Shown piece after piece: positions 28,185 through 42,270 of a DNA stretch of 64,000 nt. This stretch comes from a virus. The stretch is from positions 41,859 to 105,858 of IMG/VR virus record IMGVR_UViG_3300031754_000002; one strand, written 5' to 3'. Both the position numbers and the translations under genes were made by a program. The notes under the pieces were generated by a model that did no database searches, was not told the DNA's origin, and saw only the letters and a list, made by a program, of their open reading frames with translations. Each line of letters starts with the position of its first letter. The first letter of the stretch is position 1.

Positions 28185-28703
28185 TCATAGCAAAGCCTCT
28201 CGGACAGATCGCCGGCGATACTGATTGCCGTCACCGCCACCCGCGAATCGGGAGTTGAAGCCAGCCGCCTCAATCCCCGCGTTCCAGGTGCCAAACTCCG
28301 CCACGACAGTGGTCGCGTAGGGCCATCGGTCATCGTTTTCCCAGCGGATAGCCCGCTCATCGTCATTGTTTGCCCGAGCGCGCGCTGGAGCCCAATCGGG
28401 GAAGGCTGGCGGCTCATCATGAAGCGCAGCCCATCGACGAATCGCATCAACCAGTGCTTCGCGAGTCCATACCTTGCGTTCCGCGCCATTGTGTCTCGCT
28501 GAACAAACCACGCAGCGAATCGGCGCGTTTGGACCACGGCCATCGGAGCCATTCAGCGAAGCGCCACAGTCAACGCAAGGGATCGAATAGAGAGTCCGCT
28601 TCCGACAGCGGTCTGAGCACCACTTCGGAGCCCTGCCACGCCTTTGTACTCGCTCGAAAGACGCGCCGCAGCCAGCGCAACGAAACAAACGCACGCCAGT
28701 CAT
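28185..28703 (-). CDS. Zn-finger protein with a homing-endonuclease-associated repeat
   Basis: CAGC...WCSDRC; WTREALVDAIRRW...FGTWNAGIEAAG. Confidence 0.55.
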   Translation of the reverse strand: MTGVRLFRCAGCGASFERVQRRGRAPKWCSDRCRKRTLYSIPCVDCGASLNGSDGRGPNAPIRCVVCSARHNGAERKVWTREALVDAIRRWAALHDEPPAFPDWAPARARANNDDERAIRWENDDRWPYATTVVAEFGTWNAGIEAAGFNSRFAGGGDGNQYRRRSVREALL

Positions 28704-29365
28704 CGCCCGCGCACCCCATAGGTGTTTCGGCCGAGAAGACGCCTAACAACACCCTGGCTCAAGCCCGTCGAGAAGCAGATTTGGCGCTCAGTCAAGTGTT
28801 TCCCGGCCAACTCCGAGACCCGTGCTCGCTGCTCGTCAGTGCCCTCGTCGTCCGATCCGTTTACACGCTCCTTGGCAGCAGCAACGATCGCGTTCGTCTC
28901 GACTTTCCGGCAGAACCGCGGTGTTGTCCGGAGCGCCTTAGCGACCTCATCAACCGTCCAGCCCTTCTTCAACTCGGCTACAACGCGTTTTTCAAGCTGC
29001 TCGGCGGTCTCTTCGGTGATCTCGACCATCGGGCGCTTGCGCCAATGTTCTAGATCCGCCTCAGCCGCGTCCTTCACGGCCTTCCTGCCACCGAGCCCCA
29101 CTTTGCGGTTCCCCCGAGCACACAAAACACACGACTCAGGCTCCCGTGGGATATGGAACGTGTGATTCCATCGTTCCTGCCAAAACTCGTGGGGAAGCTG
29201 CTCTGAAGCACCATCCAGGCGCACTCCTGGGGGCATCTTCGAGTCTGGTGGAGCAGCACCGCCGGACGAGTTGAACTGCGATGTGGTGCCCCACGGCAGG
29301 AGATACTTCATCTCGAAGAGGATGCGCTGCATCTCGCTCGCTAGCTTCTCGGGATCGTCGGTCAT
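28700..29365 (-). CDS. Hypothetical protein with C-terminal HTH-like segments (late regulator candidate)
   Basis: GWTVDEVAKALRTT and LTERQICFSTGLSQGVVRRLL. Confidence 0.45.
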   Translation of the reverse strand: MTDDPEKLASEMQRILFEMKYLLPWGTTSQFNSSGGAAPPDSKMPPGVRLDGASEQLPHEFWQERWNHTFHIPREPESCVLCARGNRKVGLGGRKAVKDAAEADLEHWRKRPMVEITEETAEQLEKRVVAELKKGWTVDEVAKALRTTPRFCRKVETNAIVAAAKERVNGSDDEGTDEQRARVSELAGKHLTERQICFSTGLSQGVVRRLLGRNTYGVRGR

Positions 29366-29489
29366 GCCCTCGGCTCACAGACATAGACCTTGACCGCGGC
29401 GGGATGCTCGCGCTCGCAGAACTTCCAGGCGGGGTCATCCTCATCGGCTTCCCAATCAGCGGGCGGCCGCTTTGGTGGCTCAAATTCAT

Positions 29490-32400
29490 CTAGCTTTGCT
29501 TTAGGATGCGCCTCGATCTGCTCACCGGTCCACGCATCTGCCCCCCAGTCTTCCCATTGCTCCTGCCGACGTACTTGCAGTCGCAGGTGGTAGACCAGTC
29601 GAACACCGAGTAGGAGCAGAGTTTGATGCCGATCCGCTGGACCGCCTGCATCATCTGTTCGCGCTCGCTCATGCGGTTGCCTGCGTAGGTTCAACGCCAA
29701 TCCGTATACGCTCCGCGCGCAAAGAGCCGTAGTGCTTGGACGCGCACTCAAAGCAGCGATCTGCATGGCGAAGCCGGTCATCATGCCCGCAACCTCCGCT
29801 GCTCGCAATGCTCAGCCGCTTCCTCCGATGTCTCCTCATGCTCAAAGGATACATCCGGCCTGCCATCGCCGTCAATCGTGATCTCCACACGGTAGTTCCC
29901 AACACGCATCCACCAGTGCCGCTCGCTCATCTGCTCGATATGCAGCCAGTGATCGACTACAAGCTCATCGAACTCAACCGGCGCAACATACTGCTCTGAC
30001 GATATGGCGATAGGGTGCGGCACATCCTGCCGGTGTGCGAGGAACCGCCACTGGTAGCCGGGCTTGAACCGTCCTTTGCGCCAACGCGCACTCATCGGAC
30101 GAGCCCGCGACCATAACATGCCTTGCACGTTTCAGTGCCGCCAGACGAGCTAAAGACTTTAACCTGCGTGCTGAGATAGAAGCCCTGCATAACAAGCCCA
30201 CGGCCGACACAGACGGGACAGGTCTGGAGTACGCCGTGGATCAACTCGACTTCGGGCTTGCCGCTTTCCTCCTTGAAGCTCATGCTGCAAACCTATCCAG
30301 TTCGGCGTTCAAGTCCTCGCAGATAACCCCTGCAACCAAGCCCAGCGATGACGCATGTTCGACAAGCTGCCGTGCGATATCAACGAAGGCCCATTTGTCC
30401 CCTCGCCAAGCGACCACACGCCCATACTCATAGCCTATCGGCTGGTCGGGTTCTCTAAACTCCTCCAGTATGTCGGCTCGCTTCTCGTAGAACTCCAGAC
30501 GGTCGCAGGTGATCTTACCGTCCTTGCGGGCTTTGGCGAGTGCGATACGGAGATCCACAGCTCGACTCACGGGCCGACCAGCCGCGCAATCCAGTACGAC
30601 TCGATGGTATGCGCCTTCGTCGGGTTGCCGTCAAGTGCTGCTTGTGAGGCTTCGTCCTGCCAGTCCTCGATCAAGCGCACATGATCTTCGAGCGCCATCG
30701 CCATATGCGCTGGGGGTTCGACCGTAAGATCGGGACGTAGACGGCTTGCCGCGCCACGTGTCCGGTGCAGCAGATGCCAGCTAGCGGTCGGCACGCGGCC
30801 GCTCCACGGGAGAGTTAGCGCCTGCTGCTTGCTCAAGCCTCCGCCCCCACCGCGCGAGTGACCTCAGCCTCAGCCTGCACACCCTCGCCTACATGCTCCC
30901 CGTCACACAACACCCTGAGTGTGGCTGACTGGCCTCCATCCGCATGCACCGTGATACCGGGCCAAAGCGTCTCGCCCTCATCGAAGCCCAAGCGTTGCAT
31001 GTCGAAGTGCGATAGGCCAATGCCGTACGCTTTGTGGGTCGGGTTCAGTTCGTCATGGCGGTAGACGGCCTCACGAAAGCGTCGCAGGTTCTTTCCGATG
31101 GCACTCATTAGAACACCGTCTAATCACGGCAGCGATGGGCAGAGTCAGGACAGTTGCCGAGCGGGTCCGAGCCTTTATCGCATATGCCGTCGCCGCCGCA
31201 GTGCGTGCAGTCGCGCTCGGGGTCCCATTCCTCCTCGTGCTCGGCAAAGTCCCCGAAGACAGCGTTGCTCACTTCGCCGCCGCCTTTTCAAGGCGCTTAC
31301 GCCGCTTACGCAACGCCAACAACGTACGTTCAATCTGCCGATGCTTCGGTGAGTGCGCGTCCACTTCGCCCAGCATATCTTCCGCTCGCGTCTCCTGTGA
31401 ACGCAAACGCTCAACCTCGCGGTTGCCCGAGCGGCGTTTCGCTGAGGCTACAACATCGCCCTTGCGACGACCTGCTGTGCCGGCAATTGGTTTGGGCGTC
31501 CAGCCAGTCACGACGGCCTGTCTCCACGGGACTCTTCAAGCAGATAGTCGTGGACTTCCACCTGCCAATCCGGCGGTGCACCCGGCAGATTGCGCATCTT
31601 CTGCTCTTGATCCGGCTGACGAGCCAACGTAACGCCGGCCACCGCCGTCTTTGGTTCATCTCGGATGATCACGCCATCGCCTCAGCCAACTCGACATACT
31701 CCTCAACGGACCGTGCCAACTCCACCAACGGAGCTATCCTCGCCTGCCTACGATCCTCCAACCGATCCATGATGTTGACCTGGTCCTTCCCCAACCGACA
31801 CAAACGCGACAAGCGTTCTGCTGGATTCATCTGCGGGATAGGACACGACAAGCAATCCTGACCCCCATCCTTCAACTCGCACACAAGGCCGCGGTCGAAC
31901 AGTTGACTCTCGACCCTCAAAGTCGCTTTCAACGCGGCTTCCAGCTCATGCTCATCGCCCGTCAAGTCAATCACCAAGCCAGAACTATAGACCACCGTGT
32001 CGAACGGGTCGTCTTGTGCATCCATGAAGTCCTGAAGATGCCACACGGCGCGGACGGTCATTGCGCCCCCGTTTGTATCGCGTCGGGAGAAGTGGCGAGC
32101 GCAACACGGGCGAGCTTCCATGCCTCCGTTTTCAAGCGTGCCAGCGTCTCGGGTGGCGGCCCAAGATGTGGTGCGACACGCCCGTCGCTCATCTCGTCCT
32201 TTAGCTTCTTAGCGTGCACCAACGCTTCCAGTGCGTCACGTAGAACCTGCTCGCGCTGATGGCGATGCGTGATCTCCTCCTGATACATGCGTCTTTCGCG
32301 GTCCGACTGCTCGCGCAGTCGCTCGACTTCCCCATCGCTTGGCGTGTCGGGACGGTAGAACACGCGGGCCGCAAACCAGCCGTCAAAATAGTCTGGGCGA

Positions 32401-33293
32401 GCGCCAGAGTGATTCTCGGGCAGCTCATCGAGTCCTCGCTGCATCGCCTCTCGCTCCTCTTCGCTCCAGCATCTTCCAGCAACGCTCGCAACAACCACCG
32501 CGTCGCCTTCTCCGGTAGATCGGTCACCGCAGCGCCTCATCCGGGATCTCTGCTCGACGCACTTCCTCCGCTCTGCGCTCAAGCTCGGCTCGGATGACTG
32601 CTCCGGCTCATACACGGCCGCGACTGCTACGCCTAGGCCCGGGAGCTGCTTGTCAAGCGCCGCCTGGACACACATTGCATGAGCATCGAGTGCCTGGCGT
32701 GATGGAGCGCCCGTCTCCACGGTGAGATAGCCAGCGCTCATGCCATTGCCCGATCTATAAGCTCAAGCGCCCCTACCGTCGAATGCCCCACATAGCCACA
32801 GCCGAGACAGCGATGCACGCCGACACTTTGGAAGTGACCTCGGCCATGCTCCCTACCGCAGTCGCAACGCCAGCGGCGCGGTGGATAGCCAGCGGCCAGG
32901 TCTGCTGCCTCGGACTCTTGTTCCTCGGCTCGGACCTCGCTATCGACGGTCCCGGTTGGTTGTGTATGCAACGACCTCATCGTCTCCTCCGGCCAGCATG
33001 GACACCTCATATCGCGCTTCGAGGACCAGAGATTCTAGGCGTTCCCGGTCCTTAACCCCGCACCAAAGGGTATCACGAACCCGGCCTCGAAGGCAAGCAT
33101 CCAGACGCAATCTTTGCGCTAGATCCGAGGATACGACGAGCGTCCAGCCCCCGGCTAGCTCGAAGCGGAAACGCCCCTCAAAGCAGTACATCGTCTCTGG
33201 GGTGTTAAGCAGCGAGCCGACGAACCGCAGCGTCTCCGCCAGCTCGCGGATGCTCATTGCCCGACCGGGCGCGGCGAGCGTTTGATTGCGCAT
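29490..33293 (-). other. Cluster of small, tightly packed hypothetical phage genes
   Basis: Many short ORFs with ATGA/GTGA overlaps, e.g. 30092-30283, 30280-30570, 30567-30836, 30833-31108, 32058-32741. Confidence 0.55.
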
Positions 33294-33361
33294 ACAACGT
33301 CATCTTACACATACGCATGACGGAAGTTACGCGCGCTCCGTCGCCTTGGCGTAATCGATGC

Positions 33362-33619
33362 TCAGTGACGACTCGGCATCGAGGGCTTTGACGAGTTTGT
33401 CGAAGCGCATGGGGACCGGAGCCACCAGCAGATCGCGAGCCATGCCGGGCGCACATCGAGGCCAGCGGCGATTCGCTCCACAATGGCGATGCTCAGATTC
33501 GTGTCGTCATGCTCCGCGCGCACCAAATATGCCTTGGTCACGCCACACCGCTTAGACAATGCAGCGAGGCTAAGTTCTTTGGCCTCGCGCGCCAATAGTA
33601 GGCGTGCCCTGAGGCTCAT
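33362..33619 (-). CDS. XRE HTH regulator
   Basis: LLLAREAKELSLAALSKRCGVTKAYLVRAE. Confidence 0.65.
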   Translation of the reverse strand: MSLRARLLLAREAKELSLAALSKRCGVTKAYLVRAEHDDTNLSIAIVERIAAGLDVRPAWLAICWWLRSPCASTNSSKPSMPSRH

Positions 33620-34222
33620 CGCGCGGCCTTTTCGACGCCCATGATTGCCACGACATCTGTGTTCCACACATCCCGCCCGTCATGGTCCTCGGCTTCGGCC
33701 TTGCGCTTAGCCTGCGCCTCCGAGCGAGCCTCGACTTCATATGTCGCCTGGGTGCTCTCCATCACATGCACCAAGTATCTCATTGACTCTCCCTCCTAAG
33801 CATGAGCCTTCTCGTCTCATAGAACACGAACACATTAGCCCCCTCAAAGAAGAACCACCGCCCACACTCGCAGCGCACCATCGCCAACGCCTCACACACC
33901 ACATCTCCACGACACTGGCAAGCTACTTCAGCGCACGGAAACCCATCCCCGATGACGCTCAAGCTCCAGAAGTTTGACGGCACCTCCTTATAGCCTACGC
34001 CCCATTCGCTCGCGCTCACCGCGTAACGCAATGCGCCCATCCGACGGAGTTCCGGTCTACCCAAACGATCTAGCGCCGGAAGCGTGTCCGCATATTCGGG
34101 TCTAAGGTCCGCTGTCCTTACTAGCCGTCTTGACTCGACGCGGTTGATATACGCCAGCACGGCTTGTGGATTGTCGTGGCCTTCCAGGCGTTCGCGCCAG
34201 CCCTCGCGGTCTGGGTCGTCGG

Positions 34223-34834
34223 TCATGCGGGCATCTCGGCGGTTCCAAGGCTCTCGTCGCCCCACGAATCCCATCCAAGCCGCGCGGTACGCGCGAACAA
34301 CTCGACACGCGGAGCTGGCGAGACGCGCTGAACAAGGTCCATGAACGCTCCGGGCTTCTCGGAATGTTTACCGCGGGGCGCCGTTATCACGTTGGACTGG
34401 CGCAGCGTGGCGGGGATGCCCAGCCCGCCACGCGTGCCAAACAACACGTGCTCGGTCATCCCCCGGAAGTAGAAGCCGAGCCCAGGTGCGCCCGTCTTGA
34501 CCCAGGTGAGCATCGTCTTGTATTCAAACCCCCAGCTGCGCATAATGTCAAAGGCGCTTACCGGCTCAGCTTTGTAGCCCTGGAACAGGCGTGGGTTCGT
34601 CACCCAGAGATAGAGATGCGCCTCCTCTGCTGCCATCTTGCCCACGGGAAGCTCCCGAATCGCAGCGCTCGTCATCGTGTCATAGCGGGCCTCTGCCGGT
34701 GCGCCACGCCGATCATCCTGCTCAGCCTCGGCATTGTGAGCGAGCCGGGAGCCGGTATACTTCCATGGCGGGTCGCAAACAATCGTACGGTATTTCTTTG
34801 GGCTACTCGACGGCGAAGGGGGACTCGTAGTCAT
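34223..34834 (-). CDS. MT-A70-family adenine methyltransferase
   Basis: YRTIVCDPPW, LYLWVTN, GLGFYFRGMTE, HSEKP, ELFAR. Confidence 0.9.
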   Translation of the reverse strand: MTTSPPSPSSSPKKYRTIVCDPPWKYTGSRLAHNAEAEQDDRRGAPAEARYDTMTSAAIRELPVGKMAAEEAHLYLWVTNPRLFQGYKAEPVSAFDIMRSWGFEYKTMLTWVKTGAPGLGFYFRGMTEHVLFGTRGGLGIPATLRQSNVITAPRGKHSEKPGAFMDLVQRVSPAPRVELFARTARLGWDSWGDESLGTAEMPA

Positions 34835-35307
34835 CGAGATGCCTCCCCGTGAGCGCTCGACGACTGCCCGTGTTCACGTAGGCTCGTCCACGGCTGTCGT
34901 GTGCCGACATCACACCGGGATAGAAGTCCGCTCACCCGGCTTCACCGCGCACCCAGACAGCATGGCCTTTACATGACCCCGCGCATCTATGGCAGCCAGC
35001 AATGCGAGCGATGATCCACCAGCCGCTCATGGCTTCTTCCTCGTCCGGTCACGAGCCGCGTTCCGGCGTCGTGCTTCCTGCTCACGCGCAAGAAAGCCCT
35101 TCGCTGTCGTGATACGTGCCCCGAGCTCCCGGTGTAGCTCCACCGCATGCTTCACGTCCATTCTCACGAAAACCTCGCCACCACCTCCCGACGGCCACGG
35201 ATACACGGACACACGCATGTCGATAAAGCCGTCCTCGTCGCCGACGCTCGTCCGTTTCGTTACTTCCTGCGTCCGCGATGTGGTGCTCGATTGCACAGCG
35301 CGGCCCT

Positions 35308-35649
35308 TCATGGGAGTACCCTAAACTCGACGCGCCACACGAGCTTGCCCAGCGGCAGGGAGCCATTGATCGCCTGGAACGCGATGGCGAACTGCTCCAC
35401 GCTCGGGAAGCCCTCCTTGCGGGCCTCGGCCTTGCTCATGTCGAGCATCTGTTCCTGCGTGCAGGACACCACGCGCGCGCGTCCGATCGACGGCTTGCCG
35501 CGTCCCGGCTGCACGGCGAACTCCTTACCCTTGATGTAAATGCAGCGCTCGCACCACCATGGCGAGCGCTCATTAGCGGAGCACAGACGACGCGTGACAG
35601 TCTTTTCACCCGCGACCACCTTCGCTGCTAGCTCCGGCCGGAAGATCAC
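35308..35649 (-). CDS. ASCH-domain protein
   Basis: GEKTVTRR...EARKEGF...VWRVEF. Confidence 0.75.
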   Translation of the reverse strand: MIFRPELAAKVVAGEKTVTRRLCSANERSPWWCERCIYIKGKEFAVQPGRGKPSIGRARVVSCTQEQMLDMSKAEARKEGFPSVEQFAIAFQAINGSLPLGKLVWRVEFRVLP

Positions 35650-36350
35650 GCCAGCCGCTCCAGCGCAAGCAGCCGGTCAAGGTCACGTTCGGCTTCCTCG
35701 CGCGTGATCTCGCGGCCTTCATACTTCCACGCGTACCATCCTGCTGCGTAGGGCTTCATCCACTCGCTGTGCTCAAAGATAAACGCGCGCTCCATCTGCA
35801 CCTTCCCCTGAATGGCGAGATGACATACCTGACAAAGCGCTGCCAAGTTCCACCATCGCATATCACGCTTAGCCTCGGTTGTGTTTCCCCAGCAGCCCGT
35901 TAGATGGTGAACTGTGAGCATGCGCCAGCGAGCTTCGACCTTGACACCGCGATCCAGCCGGTAGTCTTGCGGACCTACCTCACCTTCCTCGATCTCTGTC
36001 GAATCGCCCGCTACCTCGATTCGGATTGGCGTAAAGTGAACGCACCGCGCATCACATGGACTCCACTCGCCCCTCGCGCTGATCCGCTTGTCCCCAGCCC
36101 GATAGGGATGCAGACAGCGTACGCAACGATAGTCCGCCATTGCTCGCACCACATCCTTGACACCCCGCTCGCCCTTCCCGCCGCACGCTGGACATCGTAG
36201 CTCTCGAACCTCAGTGCTCCCCTTCTCGACGGCATCCGCTGCGCCGAGTCCGTGGCAAAGATCGCAGGGGAAGCGATGCCAGACGATCGGATAGCCGTCC
36301 TTGCCGCACTCGTCAGGCTCATATAGACGAAACAGCGTTAGGTCCGTCAC
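35646..36350 (-). CDS. HNH-like Zn-binding protein
   Basis: CDLC...CPAC, YRCVRC, LTVHH...NLAALCQVCH. Confidence 0.6.
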   Translation of the reverse strand: MTDLTLFRLYEPDECGKDGYPIVWHRFPCDLCHGLGAADAVEKGSTEVRELRCPACGGKGERGVKDVVRAMADYRCVRCLHPYRAGDKRISARGEWSPCDARCVHFTPIRIEVAGDSTEIEEGEVGPQDYRLDRGVKVEARWRMLTVHHLTGCWGNTTEAKRDMRWWNLAALCQVCHLAIQGKVQMERAFIFEHSEWMKPYAAGWYAWKYEGREITREEAERDLDRLLALERLA

Positions 36351-36637
36351 CGCAAACTCCCCACGAACAGCGCGGCGGCGACCAAGTCACCTGCAACCCG
36401 CGCCCACCGTGGCTGCCGAGAACGCAACAAACGTGCGGCCCACCGCTCATCGCACCCTTGCGGGAAGGGTAGCTCTCGGCCCTTGCACCAGACAGTGCCG
36501 GTGATCGATTTGCCGAGCTGACGGTACGCCTCAAAATCCGCGTTGAACGCTATCCACGCCAGATGCACGGATGTTAGACGACGCGGCGAACGCTCCAGAA
36601 CATAGTCGCAGAGCGCTTCGAGCTTTGGGGGGAGCAC
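36347..36637 (-). CDS. Degenerate Panacea/SocA (DUF4065)-like protein
   Basis: KLEALCDYV...ADFEAYRQLGKSITG resembles the Panacea ADFxxYxxxGxSITG segment. Confidence 0.4.
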   Translation of the reverse strand: MLPPKLEALCDYVLERSPRRLTSVHLAWIAFNADFEAYRQLGKSITGTVWCKGRELPFPQGCDERWAARLLRSRQPRWARVAGDLVAAALFVGSLR

Positions 36638-36752
36638 CCGCCCATTATACGCCCCTCAGCCCATCGAGGCAAGCCTGCTAGCCCGCTGTTTGCGAAGGTT
36701 TGCGCCCGACCCGAAGCACATCGAGAAGCATCCGCCGGGCGCCACTGGAGCC

Positions 36753-37046
36753 TTACACGTCGAGCGGACGGCTAGCGCCCAACGCTTCATAGTACGCTCG
36801 ATGAAGGAATGGCAGCGCGAAAGGGTCACGCCCAAGCTGCAGCATATGCCAAGCCCACAGGACTCGGCCCGAACGGCCATTGCCATCTCGGAATGGATGC
36901 AGTCGCTCATAGCGATAGTGGATATCCCACGGTGTGGCATTCAGGTTCCCGTCCACTGCTTCGTCCAGCGCAGTAAGAAGCTCCCGTAGCTCCGAGACGA
37001 TCGCTCGGCCACCAAGCACCTTGGCGTCTGTCAAGCACCTTCGCAA
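36753..37046 (-). CDS. Minimal Fic-domain protein
   Basis: Canonical motif HPFRDGNGRSGR. Confidence 0.75.
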   Translation of the reverse strand: MRRCLTDAKVLGGRAIVSELRELLTALDEAVDGNLNATPWDIHYRYERLHPFRDGNGRSGRVLWAWHMLQLGRDPFALPFLHRAYYEALGASRPLDV

Positions 37047-37375
37047 TTTTTATGTTGCTCTAGCTCGACCCGTCGCAGCAACCCAGCAACCAAACCCTCC
37101 AATCCAGACACGCGCTCAAGCAATCCATCCTTGGCGTAGAGCATGAACGAGCGGCCATGCTCCCGGCTCACATGCTCGCGTACGGTCACGTCAACCATTT
37201 GGCCGACGGGCAATGAGGAGAAACAGCGCAGCTTCTCGTTGACTCGCTCGCCGGTCTCCTTCTCCGCTTGTATATCGTAAATCGTATAGCGCCGGTCCTT
37301 GTCCTGGTATGCAGGGACGCAGGCGAGGATACGCAGGCGGGTATCCCAAGCGTCGGCCACCGAACGCGTGAACGC

Positions 37376-37918
37376 TTAGGACTCTGCGGGCGCGGGACCA
37401 GGCGGCTTAACGAAGGTAGTCGGCTCAATGTCGAGTCCTAGCTTCAGGTCACTGGCGAGTACGGCGTCCGCACCAACATTCTCCGCTTCCATCTCCAAGC
37501 CGTTCGGCTGGACAGTACCGAACATGCGAGCACGCGCAAGATAGTGACGCCGACGCTCGGCTTGGACTGCCTCGACTTTCGCTACTGCGTCTGCCTGCCA
37601 GTCGCCAAAATAGATGGCCTCCGGGTCATGGCGATAATCCCAGCAGCCCGAGAATCGCACGGAGCCGGGTGGTGCAAGCTCGTTTGTTACCGCCTCCGCA
37701 AGGATCGTAAATACGGCGTCTGCGTCTGCGCCGATTCCGGCCGCGCCTGCCTTCGCAAGTGCCGCGTAAATCCGTTTACGAAGCGGCGTGTCACCACCCT
37801 CATCGACGCTTGTTAGCTCCAGCGCCAAGCCGTGAGGATGGAAGAACTGGCGATTACACTCCTGCAAATAGCCTAGCTCTTTGAACTCCTTCGCGTCCAT
37901 ATACTTTATATCTGCCAT
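37376..37918 (-). CDS. Hypothetical phage protein
   Basis: GYLQECNRQFFHPHGLAL motif; GGAGG RBS. Confidence 0.55.
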   Translation of the reverse strand: MADIKYMDAKEFKELGYLQECNRQFFHPHGLALELTSVDEGGDTPLRKRIYAALAKAGAAGIGADADAVFTILAEAVTNELAPPGSVRFSGCWDYRHDPEAIYFGDWQADAVAKVEAVQAERRRHYLARARMFGTVQPNGLEMEAENVGADAVLASDLKLGLDIEPTTFVKPPGPAPAES

Positions 37919-37935
37919 GTTCCCTCCATAGTGAG

Positions 37936-40763
<2,828 letters not shown>

Positions 40764-41135
40764 TCACCGCAACGTCGCTTCAACGCTCGACCAATCGCTC
40801 GGCCTCCAGACGAACACTTCGACGTGCTCATTGCCCAGTGCGACCCGTAGCAATGCTTCCTGCCATGCTTGCTGCGCCTCGGTGAGCTTTCTGCGCCCAG
40901 TCTTCAACTCCGCAAAGATGAGTCGGTCGCCTCTCGCCATTGTCAAATCCGGGAAGCCAGCCGAATCCTTGTCCCCAATAATGAGACGGTGGCCGCTTTT
41001 CCGCACCACTTCTCGGCGACTATCGTGGAAATGGGCAACCTTCCAACCCCTGTGATGAGCGTACTCAACCACCGCCATCTGGAATTGTTTCTCTGACTGC
41101 TCTAGCTTGTGTGGGAAGGCTGGCGCACCAGTCAT
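40764..41135 (-). CDS. VRR-NUC (PD-D/ExK) nuclease
   Basis: SEKQFQ, GFPDL, FAELK, QQAW, VWRPSD. Confidence 0.8.
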   Translation of the reverse strand: MTGAPAFPHKLEQSEKQFQMAVVEYAHHRGWKVAHFHDSRREVVRKSGHRLIIGDKDSAGFPDLTMARGDRLIFAELKTGRRKLTEAQQAWQEALLRVALGNEHVEVFVWRPSDWSSVEATLR

Positions 41136-41493
41136 GCCGGAAACTCCGTGTGATCCTCGCCACAACCTGAGCACATTACGCCCGGTCCGGATGTACGCGC
41201 GCCAACCGGCGACGTAGAGCTGGCGTGGTGCTTCAAGTGCCGTAAGCGCCTATTACATGAGTGGACGATCCTTCGGGATGGTGAACTGGGCTGGGACGTG
41301 TAGCGCACCTTGCCGCAGAACACCCGCTCAGGGCTCTCGCGTCTCGCACGCTTGCGCTCGCGTGCCTCAGCGATACGCACTGCTTTGCGCTCCTGCTTAC
41401 GCTGCTCCGAGGCAATGAGTTGGTCATGGGCTCTCGCAAGCCTTGGTGCTACCTCGGCGAACGTGGACGGACGATGCCTGGGGCACCAGCAAG

Positions 41494-42000
41494 TCACGAC
41501 GGCCACAGTTGCGGTTGTGTGTCAGCAGGAATATACAGCGGGTGGCGAGGGGCACCGTCTTTTGTCTCACCAAGGCAATAGAGCGTCTGCGGATGAACCA
41601 CCCCGGCAATTATTGACGGCCGCAACTCATATGGCTTGACCTTCGTCCCCCAGCTACCCCATGCGGCGATGATGATGACGGCATCGCTTGAACACCTCAG
41701 CAGCCAGTCATTGTTGGCTGGGCCGATTGGATCGGCCGCCGTCAGCAAGCCCTTTGGGTCTGTCGAGCGAAACGCGTACAGGTTCGTCATCAACAGGCCA
41801 CCGCAACCCCAATCCCGTGCGAAACGAATGCAGCGCCTAATGGTCGGGTCGTCCTGCGTCTCATCCGCTGTTGAGGGATTGAGCCCAATGAACATCGCCG
41901 GGGGTCGGTCGTCCCATATCCGGCGCAGGACATAGCGCCAAGTGCGGCACGGCGAGAACTCGGCCGAACGGTCCATGTCGAGCTGTAGTTGGCCCGTCAT
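41494..42000 (-). CDS. DUF1643-family protein
   Basis: FIGLNPSTAD...DDPTIRRC, NLYAFRSTDP, AAWG, PRHPLY. Confidence 0.85.
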   Translation of the reverse strand: MTGQLQLDMDRSAEFSPCRTWRYVLRRIWDDRPPAMFIGLNPSTADETQDDPTIRRCIRFARDWGCGGLLMTNLYAFRSTDPKGLLTAADPIGPANNDWLLRCSSDAVIIIAAWGSWGTKVKPYELRPSIIAGVVHPQTLYCLGETKDGAPRHPLYIPADTQPQLWPS

Positions 42001-42270
42001 CGACGCTCCCGCAACACAACTCGCAGAAGGCGTTCTAGCGGCGGTCCCACGGCCGCCCAGAATGCGGCGCGTAGGTCCGCTAGCGCATAAGGCATGCCCA
42101 CCGTGAACGCGATATATCGCCCAGTACGGTAGGAGCCGCGTTTCAGGACCACGCCACAAGCCCTTCGTCCTGACACCTTAGCGCTACTGGAAGCTCTCCA
42201 AGTCTAAAGCAGCGGTAACGGCTCCGTATCGAGCCCTGCGTCCCTCCGAGGGCCTTGGACATGCCTGGGC

